Below are positions 1-8,052 of a DNA stretch of 64,000 nt, piece by piece (position 1 is the stretch's first letter; each line of letters opens with the position of its first letter). Under the pieces are notes generated by a model, which saw only the letters and a list, made by a program, of their open reading frames with translations, made no database searches and was not told the origin of the DNA. A program made the position numbers and the translations under genes. Source of the stretch: an uncultured Alsobacter sp. (GTDB taxonomy: Bacteria; Pseudomonadota; Alphaproteobacteria; Rhizobiales; Beijerinckiaceae); NCBI GenBank assembly GCA_964544365.1, contig CAZJCW010000001.1, positions 14,127 through 78,126 on the forward strand, written 5' to 3'.

Positions 1-235
1 CGAGCCCCAGCGCCGAAGCCAGCGGCCGCGCGGTGTCCATGGTCCGGGCGAAAGGGCTCGAGTAGATGCCGCTGATCGGCTCCAGCCCGAGCCGCGTCGC
101 GACCGCAGCGGCTTCGCGATGTCCGGCTTCGTCCAGCGGCTCATCACTCCAGCCGAGATAGCGCTGGGCATTGCCAGCGGTTCGACCGTGCCGCACAAGA
201 AAAAATCGGGCTGCACGGGTGGGGCCGGCGGTCAC
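1..235 (-). CDS. histidine phosphatase (phosphoglycerate-mutase-like) family protein, 5' part only; gene runs off the left edge
   Basis: The minus-strand frame from GTG 235..233 reads VTAGPTRAARFFLVRHGRTAGNAQRYLGWSDEPLDEAGHREAAAVATRLGLEPISGIYSSPFARTMDTARPLASALGL with no stop to the window edge. It has the RHG catalytic motif of the His-phosphatase fold. The start forms a GTGA overlap with the stop (232..234) of the upstream kinase-like gene. The ORF is absent from the supplied track because it is truncated. Confidence 0.75.
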   Translation of the reverse strand, partial: MTAGPTRAARFFLVRHGRTAGNAQRYLGWSDEPLDEAGHREAAAVATRLGLEPISGIYSSPFARTMDTARPLASALGL

Positions 236-1530
236 TGGCGTGTCCCCGACACGGCTTCCGTCAGCGGCCTGGCAAGCCGGAGAGCTTCGTCCTCCAGACG
301 GATGAAGGCCGGTTCGTCGACCCTGTCCTTCTTCAGCATCAGCGCAAGGTAGTAGATGGACGCGCATGTCCGGTGCCAGGCGAGCCGAAGCGGGTCGAGT
401 GGCGCGAGATGCCTTGCGTAGCTGTCGATATAGACCCCGATCGACGCGCGCCCCTGGGGATCGTCCAGCGCGGCAGAGCCGTCCCCGGAGAATGCCGGAA
501 CATCGTAGCTGAGCGAGGCGAGAAAGATCGCGATGTCACGGTACGGGTCCCCGGCGTGACACAGATCGAAGTCGGTGATCGACCACAGGTCATCGCTCGC
601 GAGCGTCTGCGAGCACACGAGGTCGCCGTGGCAGAACGACGGTTGCGGATCGGAGGGGCGTGTACGATCGAGCAGATCGCCGAGCCCAGCGAGGCGGGCG
701 AAGCTGGCCGGGCGATAGAGTCCAAGCAGGCCGAGGTCGAAGCGGGCCTGTTCCATCCACGTCCGGTTGCCGATCCCGGAGAGACCCTCGACCGGCAATC
801 GGTGCAGATGCGCATGCAATTCGCCCAGCCTTGCAAACGCATCCGTCGACCCGGCTGTGATCGTGTCCGCGACGTCATCGCCCGGCAGGACACTCTGGAA
901 GTAGAGCGACTCGTCCTGATCGAAGGCGAGCGGACGGGAGACCGACAAGGGCAGGCCGGACTTCGCGACGGCATCCGCAACGCGACCGATGAGCGCGTGG
1001 GCCGTTGCGGCACGCGAGCGGCGCTTCAGCTTCGCGATGCAAGGGCCGTGGCGGGGATGGTCGATGGACAGCGTCAGTCGCCGCAGCGGGACATAGCGCA
1101 GGACGCGACCGCGAACCCCGTCCGACGACCAACGGTTCAGAACCGTCTCAACCGAGGTCAGATAGGGATCCGCCGGGAAGCTCAGCCAGTCGATTTGCCC
1201 CGACTTCGCAGACCAGGACAGCGTTTCCGCGGAAAAGCCAAAAGGTCGATCCGGGCGACGGGTCCGCTGGGCGCTCCAGTACGCACGGTCCAGCGTCCAG
1301 CCGCCGGGACCCGCAACGGCCTTCAACTCCGCATGGACAAGAGCGATGGTCGCGCCCGGCTCGAGTCGCGCGGCAATCGCTTCCCGCAAGTCCTGGACGA
1401 CGTCGAAAAAGGGATGGTTCGGTCCGACGAACTCGAAAGGCCGGGCTGCCATGGCGAAAGCGGTACGATCCTGACCCGGTCTGCGGGATCCAAAACAATG
1501 CAACCATAACAGGCGCATCCCTCTTGCCAA
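232..1530 (-). CDS. phosphotransferase family protein (APH/choline-kinase fold), kinase A
   Basis: 432-codon ORF with a TTG start at 1530; in-frame ATGs at 1518 and 1452 are alternative starts. It carries FCHGDLVCSQ (catalytic loop with Gln where the Brenner motif usually has Asn) and ITDFDLCHAGDPYRDIA (DFD metal-binding motif). Confidence 0.8.
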   Translation of the reverse strand: MARGMRLLWLHCFGSRRPGQDRTAFAMAARPFEFVGPNHPFFDVVQDLREAIAARLEPGATIALVHAELKAVAGPGGWTLDRAYWSAQRTRRPDRPFGFSAETLSWSAKSGQIDWLSFPADPYLTSVETVLNRWSSDGVRGRVLRYVPLRRLTLSIDHPRHGPCIAKLKRRSRAATAHALIGRVADAVAKSGLPLSVSRPLAFDQDESLYFQSVLPGDDVADTITAGSTDAFARLGELHAHLHRLPVEGLSGIGNRTWMEQARFDLGLLGLYRPASFARLAGLGDLLDRTRPSDPQPSFCHGDLVCSQTLASDDLWSITDFDLCHAGDPYRDIAIFLASLSYDVPAFSGDGSAALDDPQGRASIGVYIDSYARHLAPLDPLRLAWHRTCASIYYLALMLKKDRVDEPAFIRLEDEALRLARPLTEAVSGTRQ

Positions 1531-1598
1531 GGTCGTGCCCGGCGAGATTGGATGCGCGACGCTCGCGGCGTCACGTCTGCGGGGTTTTCGAAGAGTGC

Positions 1599-2762
1599 AT
1601 GATGCCCGCCCCCCGCGTCGCCCATGTCATCAACAGCATCGGCCTAGGCGGCGTTCCGGAGAGCGTATTTCATCTGCTCCGCACGATGCCTACGGGCGGC
1701 TGCGAGCCCTTGCTGTATGTTCTCCGCGGCCCCGATCCCGCCGACGAGCATCGCGCAGCCCGGCTTGCAAGGTTCACGCAGATCGGCTTGCCGGTGACGC
1801 TGGGTGCACCGGACGACGGGCGGCTGTCCATGATCGCACAGTTGCACGCGTGGTTGACGCGCGAAGCGCCGGATATCCTGCACAGCCACTCCTACAAGCC
1901 CAACCTTCATGCCGGGCTCGCAGCAGGCACCCTGCGGCCCAAGGGACTCAAGGTCATCGCCCACTATCACAACCAATACGACGCCCAGTGGGATCGCGAT
2001 GGCACCCTCGGCTTGAACGCGGCGCTGGCCGTGCAGTGCGATCGCGTCCTTGCATGTTCGAGGACGGTAGGAGACCACGTTCGTGAGCGCCTCGGTGTTC
2101 CGTCCGAGCGCCTGGCCATCATACCCAACGGTGTCGACGACGTGCGTTTCTCGCAGGGTCCTTCGCGGAGCGTGGCGCGGGCAACGATGGGCCTGCCGCA
2201 AGACCGCCCGATCATCGGTCTGGTGGGCCGCATCAGCGAGCAGAAGGGTCACGAGGATCTCTTGCGGGCCGCCGTCGCGATTCGGGCCGCGATCCCAGAC
2301 GTCCTGATCGTCTTCGCCGGAGCTCCCGACGCTCCGGAACGGCTTGCCTCCGTCCAAGCAATGGTCGCCTCGCTCGGCCTCGACGGCGCCGTTCAATTCG
2401 CGGGGTTCGTGGACGAGATTCCGACGTTCTACGCGGCTCTGGACGTGCTCGCGGCGCCCTCGCGATGGGAAGGGTTCGGCCTCATGCTCGTCGAGGCCAT
2501 GACGGCAGGCGTCCCCATCGTCGCGACGGCGGTGGGCGCCATCCCCGAAGTCGTGGGCGATGACGGCGCTGCGCGCCTCGTGGCGCCGGGCGCGATCGAC
2601 GCGCTTTCCGGAGCGCTCATCGACGTCCTGACAGACACGACTTTGGCGCATCGGCTTGCATCGGCAGGCCGGCGGCGTGCCGCCCTCTTCACCTGGGACC
2701 GGTCTGCCGCGCGCCTCGCGGAGATCTACGCCGCCGTGTGCGACGAAGGGGCGGCGTCTTGA
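1599..2762 (+). CDS. glycosyltransferase family 4 (GT-B fold), GT4-a
   Basis: ATG 1599 (or 1602) lies inside ORF 1005..2762. The upstream 198 codons are Arg/Pro/Ser-rich and overlap the divergent gene, so I excluded them. Motifs: GRISEQKGHEDLL and EGFGLMLVEAMTAGVPIVATAVGAIPEVV (E-x7-E). Confidence 0.88.
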   Translation: MMPAPRVAHVINSIGLGGVPESVFHLLRTMPTGGCEPLLYVLRGPDPADEHRAARLARFTQIGLPVTLGAPDDGRLSMIAQLHAWLTREAPDILHSHSYKPNLHAGLAAGTLRPKGLKVIAHYHNQYDAQWDRDGTLGLNAALAVQCDRVLACSRTVGDHVRERLGVPSERLAIIPNGVDDVRFSQGPSRSVARATMGLPQDRPIIGLVGRISEQKGHEDLLRAAVAIRAAIPDVLIVFAGAPDAPERLASVQAMVASLGLDGAVQFAGFVDEIPTFYAALDVLAAPSRWEGFGLMLVEAMTAGVPIVATAVGAIPEVVGDDGAARLVAPGAIDALSGALIDVLTDTTLAHRLASAGRRRAALFTWDRSAARLAEIYAAVCDEGAAS

Positions 2763-4048
2763 ACGTCGACTGGACCTACGACGCGGTTCCGCCACTGGGG
2801 GCGTCGGCGGAGTTTCCGCAAAGAGTCTTCCTCGGTCGGACGGCCTTCGTCGAGGCGGCCCTTGTGGAGGCAGGCCTCATTCCACAGGCGGGCGCATCGC
2901 TGGCATTGGCGAACGTCTGGTACGTTCCTGGGCGCTCTCTCAGCGCGATCTATGAAGGGCAAAGCGAATCCCGGCCACTGCTCGCGACCTTGCACTTCGC
3001 GAGATTTCCGTCCGAGGGCGCCGGGCCGGACGTGACCGGCGGGACCTGGGTTCCGGCTCTCGGCGCCAGTGTCCTGCGGTTCCCGCATGACCCGGGGCTT
3101 CCCGATCTTCCCGTTCTCATCGGGCTTGACGCTTTGCCTCCGCTCGGTGCGACGCCGGCGGCCTCCTGGAGGATGTTGAGCTACCTGCCCGGCGCACGCT
3201 GCACGATTGCCTACGCCGATTCATCGACCCGCATGATCGCGGTCGGGAAGCTGCAGAACGGAGCACCCGCGACCCACCGCCGGATGCAGCAGCTCTGGCA
3301 GTCTTCGGCCCGGGACTTTGCAATGGCCGAGCCGCTGGCGGTGGATGAAGCGCACGCCATCCGGTGGGAGCGCTTCGTACCGGGAGAAAGAGTGGACCGC
3401 ATCATGGACGACTCGCTGCGCGCTGCCGCGACCGCGTCCGCGATGTCGGCGCTGGCGTGTCTCCACGGTCTCCCGCTCGATGGTCTTCCCCTCCGCAACG
3501 GTCGCGTCGTGTTCGAGCGCGCGGCCCGCAAGGTGGCCAAGCGCGTCCGGGTCGCGCTTCCGGAACTGGACCGGTCCGCCACCCTCCTGTGCGAGGACCT
3601 GGCAAGGCGGCTGCCGTCGATGGAAGGGCGCCCGACCGTCACGCTGCACGGCGACTTCCACACGGCGAACATCCTCTTCGACGGCCGGACGCCCGGCTTC
3701 ATCGACCTCGACGAACTCGCGCTCGGGGATCCGGCCTACGATCTGGCCCTGTTTGCCAGCCGTCTCCTTCTCGTCGGCCTGGTGAATCCGGACAGGGCAG
3801 GGCAGGCTGCCGAACTGGCGCAGGCTCTTCCGGCTCTCTATGCGCAGGCCGGCGGCCAGCCCATTCGAGACGACGTGTTCGCGTGGTACGTGGCCACGCT
3901 TCTGCTCGGTCGGCAGGTGAAGACCTGCATCCGCCATTGTGCGCCGGAGTTGGGCAAACTTGGCGCGACCCTGCTGGCGTGGGCGCATGACACCCTGCGC
4001 GCGGGCCGGGTCGACGCCGCGCTGTATTCGACCGGTTCTCCCGCCTAG
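2738..4048 (+). CDS. phosphotransferase family protein (APH fold), kinase B
   Basis: GTG 2738 overlaps the GT4-a stop (2762) by 25 nt. It carries TLHGDFHTANILF (canonical HxDxxxxN) and FIDLDELALGDPAYDLALF. The N-terminal region shares an FP-x-DP-x-L segment with kinase A. Confidence 0.8.
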   Translation: MRRRGGVLNVDWTYDAVPPLGASAEFPQRVFLGRTAFVEAALVEAGLIPQAGASLALANVWYVPGRSLSAIYEGQSESRPLLATLHFARFPSEGAGPDVTGGTWVPALGASVLRFPHDPGLPDLPVLIGLDALPPLGATPAASWRMLSYLPGARCTIAYADSSTRMIAVGKLQNGAPATHRRMQQLWQSSARDFAMAEPLAVDEAHAIRWERFVPGERVDRIMDDSLRAAATASAMSALACLHGLPLDGLPLRNGRVVFERAARKVAKRVRVALPELDRSATLLCEDLARRLPSMEGRPTVTLHGDFHTANILFDGRTPGFIDLDELALGDPAYDLALFASRLLLVGLVNPDRAGQAAELAQALPALYAQAGGQPIRDDVFAWYVATLLLGRQVKTCIRHCAPELGKLGATLLAWAHDTLRAGRVDAALYSTGSPA

Positions 4049-5835
4049 CCCGCTTCCACGGCGTCGATCTGGAAGAGGTTGCAGTAGTAGCCGTTCCGGG
4101 CGACCAGTTCGGCGTGCGTGCCCTGCTCGACGATCTTTCCGTTTCGCAGGACGACGATGAGGTCCGCGTGGCGAACGGACTGGAGGTGATGCGCGATGAG
4201 CACCGTCGTCTTGCCCTCCATCGTCGTCCGCAACGCCGTACGGATCTGAGCTTCGGATTCGGCGTCGATGGCCGACGTCGGTTCGTCCATCAGCAGGATG
4301 TCGGGGTTCTTGATGAGCGCTCGCGCCAGCGACAGGCGCTGCCGCTGGCCGCCCGAGAGGCTCGCCCCGCTCTCGCCGACGATCTCGTCGTAGCCGTCGG
4401 GCAGGCGGGAGATGAAGTCATGCGCTGCGACGGCGCGTGCGGCGGCCTCGATGTCCGCGTCCGTGGCATCCGGCTTTCCGTAGGCGATGTTCTCTCGAAT
4501 GCTCGCACCGAAGAGCAGGGCATCCTGCAGCACGACGCCGATGCGCTGGCGATACGATTCCCTGTTGAGCGTTCGGATGTCGATCCCGTCGACGGTGACC
4601 TGCCCCTCCGTCGGGTCGTAAAGCCGGACGATCAGGTTCGCGAGCGTGGACTTGCCCGCTCCGGACGCTCCGACAAGGGCGATGAAGCGGCCCTGGGGAA
4701 GGGTCAGCGAGAGATCGTCGATCACCGGCTTTCCGGGCTCATACCAGAACGAGACGTTCCTGAATGCGATCTCGCCGCGCAGGGACGCGACGGGCCTGGC
4801 ATCGGGCAGGTCCACCATGTCGGGCTTCGTCTCGAGCAGTTCACGGATCCGGTCGGCGCTGGCGCTGGCCTTCGAGAACCGGGCCGAGAGGCGCGCCATG
4901 ATGCGGACCGGCTTGTACATGTCGACGATGTAGGACGAGAAGACCAGGAGGTCTCCCGGCGACATCCGCCCCCGCATGACCTGGATGCCGCCGAACAGCA
5001 TGACGGTGGCGAGGCCGATGGCGCGCGCAACCTCGACGATCCGCGCCACGGACGCCTCCATCCGCGCCATCCGGATGCTTTCCTCCTTCGACAACGAGCT
5101 CTGAGTCTCGAACCGCGAACTCTCGTACCGCTCGCGCCCGAAGGCCTGCACCAGCGAGACCGCCTTCAGGACCTCCATGAGGCGGGACGTCAGCGCGCTC
5201 TCCCGGTAGCGCTGCTGCCGCGCGGAGACCCGCATGCGCGCCAGCACCAGATAGAGCCCGCCGAACAGGACGGGGAAGGACACGATGACGATGAGCGCCA
5301 GCGTGGAATCGATGATCCACATCACGACGCACATGCCGAGGACCGTCAGCGCATGGGTGGCGAATGCCAGCACGTACTCCGAGTAGACGTCCTTCAGCGT
5401 GTTGGTATCGGCGACGATCTTGTTCATCAGTTCGCCGCTGCGGGAGCGGACATGGAACGAGAGCGAGAGCTGCTGGAGGTGGTTGAAGAGGGCGTTCCTC
5501 AGGCGGAACGTGATCTCGAACCCGATGCGCGATGTCACGTAGATCTGCGCATAGGCGAACGTCGCCGAGAGAAGCGCGAGGACGACGATCGCGCACGCGA
5601 GAAGCGACAGGGCCAGGATGCTTGAGGGCTGCACCCAGGCGAGGTACGTGGCCCAGGCGGCCGGGACTGCCTTGCCGTAGAGCACGTGGTCGAAGATGAG
5701 CTTCAGGGGCCACGGAAGCGCCAGCGCCACCAGCGTCGAGCCGGCCACGCAGAACAGCGCAAGGGCGATCGCGCTGCGCGCTTGCCAGAGGCATCCGAGG
5801 ACGATCTGGCGGAATGTCTGTGCCTGCGTCCGCAT
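4045..5835 (-). CDS. ABC exporter, fused permease/ATPase half-transporter (MsbA/type-I exporter-like)
   Basis: ATG 5835 is preceded by GGAGG. The N-terminal half is hydrophobic. Walker A is GASGAGKST, the signature is LSGGQRQRLSLARAL and Walker B is ILLMDEPTSAID. The track ORF extends to 5958, but the extra 41 codons are Arg-rich and lack an RBS. Confidence 0.9.
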   Translation of the reverse strand: MRTQAQTFRQIVLGCLWQARSAIALALFCVAGSTLVALALPWPLKLIFDHVLYGKAVPAAWATYLAWVQPSSILALSLLACAIVVLALLSATFAYAQIYVTSRIGFEITFRLRNALFNHLQQLSLSFHVRSRSGELMNKIVADTNTLKDVYSEYVLAFATHALTVLGMCVVMWIIDSTLALIVIVSFPVLFGGLYLVLARMRVSARQQRYRESALTSRLMEVLKAVSLVQAFGRERYESSRFETQSSLSKEESIRMARMEASVARIVEVARAIGLATVMLFGGIQVMRGRMSPGDLLVFSSYIVDMYKPVRIMARLSARFSKASASADRIRELLETKPDMVDLPDARPVASLRGEIAFRNVSFWYEPGKPVIDDLSLTLPQGRFIALVGASGAGKSTLANLIVRLYDPTEGQVTVDGIDIRTLNRESYRQRIGVVLQDALLFGASIRENIAYGKPDATDADIEAAARAVAAHDFISRLPDGYDEIVGESGASLSGGQRQRLSLARALIKNPDILLMDEPTSAIDAESEAQIRTALRTTMEGKTTVLIAHHLQSVRHADLIVVLRNGKIVEQGTHAELVARNGYYCNLFQIDAVEAG

Positions 5836-5996
5836 TACCGGTGCCTCCACCCGTCCTTGCCCGTGCTCGTGGCAGCCCGGACCTGACCGCGTGGCGCCCC
5901 GCGCCCGGAAGCGGCGCCGGGCGTGCATTCTTGCGTAGCCGCAAAGAGTGAATTGCAAAAACTCAAAGTTGGCTCCAGCAGGCCTTTTGGCCCAGT

Positions 5997-6062
5997 TCGT
6001 CAGCGTCCTGTCAGCTTTGCGTCAGCGTCGCGTCAGCTTGGCGTCAGCGTGGCGTCACTTTC
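5997..6062. repeat. six contiguous 11-bp tandem repeats, consensus GCGTCAGCnnn
   Basis: Read directly: tcgtcagcgtc / ctgtcagcttt / gcgtcagcgtc / gcgtcagcttg / gcgtcagcgtg / gcgtcactttc. The GTCAGC cores start at 5999, 6010, 6021, 6032 and 6043, plus GTCAC at 6054. The spacing is exactly 11 bp, about one helical turn. The array lies in the divergent intergenic region between the exporter and the GT-kinase fusion operon. Confidence 0.9.
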
Positions 6063-6064
6063 GT

Positions 6065-6084
6065 TGTGACAGTTTCGTGTCACA
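6065..6084. promoter_or_regulatory. perfect 7-bp inverted repeat TGTGACA-N6-TGTCACA (candidate operator)
   Basis: tgtgaca (6065..6071), gtttcg, tgtcaca (6078..6084). It lies 2 bp downstream of the 11-bp repeat array, and its right end is 45 bp upstream of the ATG at 6130. Confidence 0.6.
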
Positions 6085-6129
6085 GCCGGCCCGGACGATG
6101 TTTGAACGGGCGACTGAGGGGCGAATACC

Positions 6130-8052
6130 ATGAATACGGGCTCTGTAACAGAATCGATATTGATTAAATTCTGTGTAACCGGTCGATCTGGACTGGGCCA
6201 TATTCGTCGTACCTGTAACATTGCATCGGCACTGATGCGTGAGAACTGCCACATCCGGTGCGTTCTCCTGACGAATGCACCGATTGCCGGCCTCTCTGCG
6301 CAGGAACGCGATCTGTTCGAGAGCATCGACGTCGTGGCCAAGTCCCAGATGGCGCAGCGACTTGCCGCGATGGAACCCGGGCCGGTCGTCGTGGATACTG
6401 CGGTCGTTCCCCGGCTTGCACTGCTTGCCGATCCGCTGTGCCTCGTCCTGCGCGAGACCATCGAGGATCGGCTGTCCTCGTTTCGCCTGGAGGCCGGGCG
6501 GCCCTGGGATCTGGTCGTTGTGCCGTCGTCGCGCTCGCACTGGCACCCCGATCCCGGGACGATCGGCGCGCGCGAGGTTTCACACGTCAACTGGATCTAC
6601 CGCACGGCCGAGACGGATCGCGGCGGTTCGGTCCTGCCGCCCCGCTCTCGCCCCCGCGTGCTCGTCGCTACCGGCGGCGGCGGGTCGCCGCAGACGGCCG
6701 CGGCCCTTCGCGTCGCGATCGACGATGTCCTTTCGCGCCTTCCCGGTGACGGCAGCCACGAGGTGGTCCAGGTCGCCGGCCCGCGACTGGCGCCCGAAGG
6801 CTTCCTGCAGCGCGCCGATGCGCGGATCGATGTCGGCGCCCGGCTCAACGAGGCTTTCGCCGAGGCCGACGTCGTCATCTCCACCGTCGGGTACAACTCC
6901 ATTCTCGAGCTTGCCGACCACGACACGCCGGCTCTCCTGGTGCCGATCGAGCGCACCTTCGACGACCAGACGGGGCGGGCCGAGGCGTGGGGGCCCCTTC
7001 TCGGCCTGGCGCATCGGGCCGACGATGCGGCACGCAGCAGCGAGTGGATCGCCGGCGTGCTGTCCGGGAGAAGCCGGCGCGCACGGGTGGAACTGGGACC
7101 CAGCGGCGCAAGCGAGGCGGCGGCGTTGATCCTCGGGCTCGTGCGCGAGCGGGCGGGCTGGTCCTTCGACAAGGTGATGAAGGACAGCGATCGGCCGACA
7201 CCTTCATCCGCGGCACGTCGTGCGACGTTTCTCTTCATGCAAGGCGTTGCGACGCCCTGCGCCCGCGATGGTCTCGTCCCCGACGCGATCACGATGCCAC
7301 GCCTTGGGACGTCGTCGCTTCGGGATCGTCTTCGGGCCCTCGGGGGACCGTTCCTGAGCGGCCCGGCGCTTGGAAGGGCGGTCTGCGACGTCCTTCTCGT
7401 CTCGGAGGACAGGCCGAACCTGCTGGCCACGTTTCATGCCGTGGCGTCGGTCCCGGAAGACGTGGCCGATTTCGATGCCCTCGCGAAGGTGCGGTCCCGC
7501 CTGGCTCCTGGCCATGCCGCACACCGGCTCGGATCGGCCAGTGTGCGCCGGGCAGCGATCCTGGCGGACGCGATCGAACAGGCCCTTGGCGGAGTCGCCG
7601 CGGACCGGAGCCGCCGCGTCCTGCTGCATGGCGACCTGCATGCCGGCCAGATCCTGGCGGACGGAGCGGGCGCACCCGTCGTCATCGATCTCGACGATCT
7701 TGCGATGGGCGCCGCTGAAGCCGACATCGCCAATCTCGGCGCCCATCTCGTGACAAGCGTCGATCTGTACGACGGCCCTGTCGCACCCGGGTTTCTCGCC
7801 GTCGTGGACGCGCTCTCGGGTGTCGCGGTCGGCGAGCCACTCTCGCCGGCGCGCCTCGCCGCCTATGGCGCAGCCGCCCTGCTTCGCCGGGCGCTGAAGA
7901 TCGTGGAGCGGGACGGCGACGTCGACCGCTGCATCGCGATCATCGATGCCTCCGAGACCCTTCTGCGCCGGGCCCTCGCGATGCCGAGGACCGCACCTTC
8001 GCCGTACGACGCTTCCGAGCGTGCGGCATCCCCCGTCTCCATCAACCCGTGA
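6130..8052 (+). CDS. fusion protein: N-terminal GT28-like (COG4671-type) glycosyltransferase domain + C-terminal APH-fold kinase domain (kinase C)
   Basis: 640 codons; ATG 6130 has GAGGGG about 9 nt upstream. The N-terminal part (about 6130..7150) is paralogous to the next gene: GRSGLGHIRRTCNIA vs TVGLGHVRRNSTIA, VLVATGGGG vs VVVTAGGG, ADVVISTVGYNSILE vs ADLVVTMGGYNSMLE. The C-terminal part (about 7160..8049) carries LLHGDLHAGQILA and VVIDLDDLAMGAAEADIANL. Confidence 0.82.
   Translation: MNTGSVTESILIKFCVTGRSGLGHIRRTCNIASALMRENCHIRCVLLTNAPIAGLSAQERDLFESIDVVAKSQMAQRLAAMEPGPVVVDTAVVPRLALLADPLCLVLRETIEDRLSSFRLEAGRPWDLVVVPSSRSHWHPDPGTIGAREVSHVNWIYRTAETDRGGSVLPPRSRPRVLVATGGGGSPQTAAALRVAIDDVLSRLPGDGSHEVVQVAGPRLAPEGFLQRADARIDVGARLNEAFAEADVVISTVGYNSILELADHDTPALLVPIERTFDDQTGRAEAWGPLLGLAHRADDAARSSEWIAGVLSGRSRRARVELGPSGASEAAALILGLVRERAGWSFDKVMKDSDRPTPSSAARRATFLFMQGVATPCARDGLVPDAITMPRLGTSSLRDRLRALGGPFLSGPALGRAVCDVLLVSEDRPNLLATFHAVASVPEDVADFDALAKVRSRLAPGHAAHRLGSASVRRAAILADAIEQALGGVAADRSRRVLLHGDLHAGQILADGAGAPVVIDLDDLAMGAAEADIANLGAHLVTSVDLYDGPVAPGFLAVVDALSGVAVGEPLSPARLAAYGAAALLRRALKIVERDGDVDRCIAIIDASETLLRRALAMPRTAPSPYDASERAASPVSINP

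Noticed and set aside
1005-1598. N-terminal 198-codon extension of the GT4-a ORF
   Set aside because: The extension is Arg/Pro/Ser-rich, overlaps the divergent kinase A gene, and precedes a good ATG at 1599 where GT4 similarity begins.
5960-6000. Possible sigma-54 promoter (TTGGCTCC... / TGGCCCAGTTCG)
   Set aside because: No TGGCAC-N5-TTGC arrangement exists here. The GG element is not followed by a GC element at the right spacing, and no enhancer-binding protein gene is nearby.
5997-6062. Possible CRISPR array
   Set aside because: The repeats are only 11 bp, are directly contiguous with no spacers, and no cas genes are present. It is a tandem repeat or operator array, not a CRISPR.
5948-6133. 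61-codon ORF spanning the 11-bp repeat array
   Set aside because: Its reading frame is a by-product of the repeats (11 bp is not a multiple of 3, so the peptide is not repetitive). There is no RBS, and it ends inside the start of the fusion gene.
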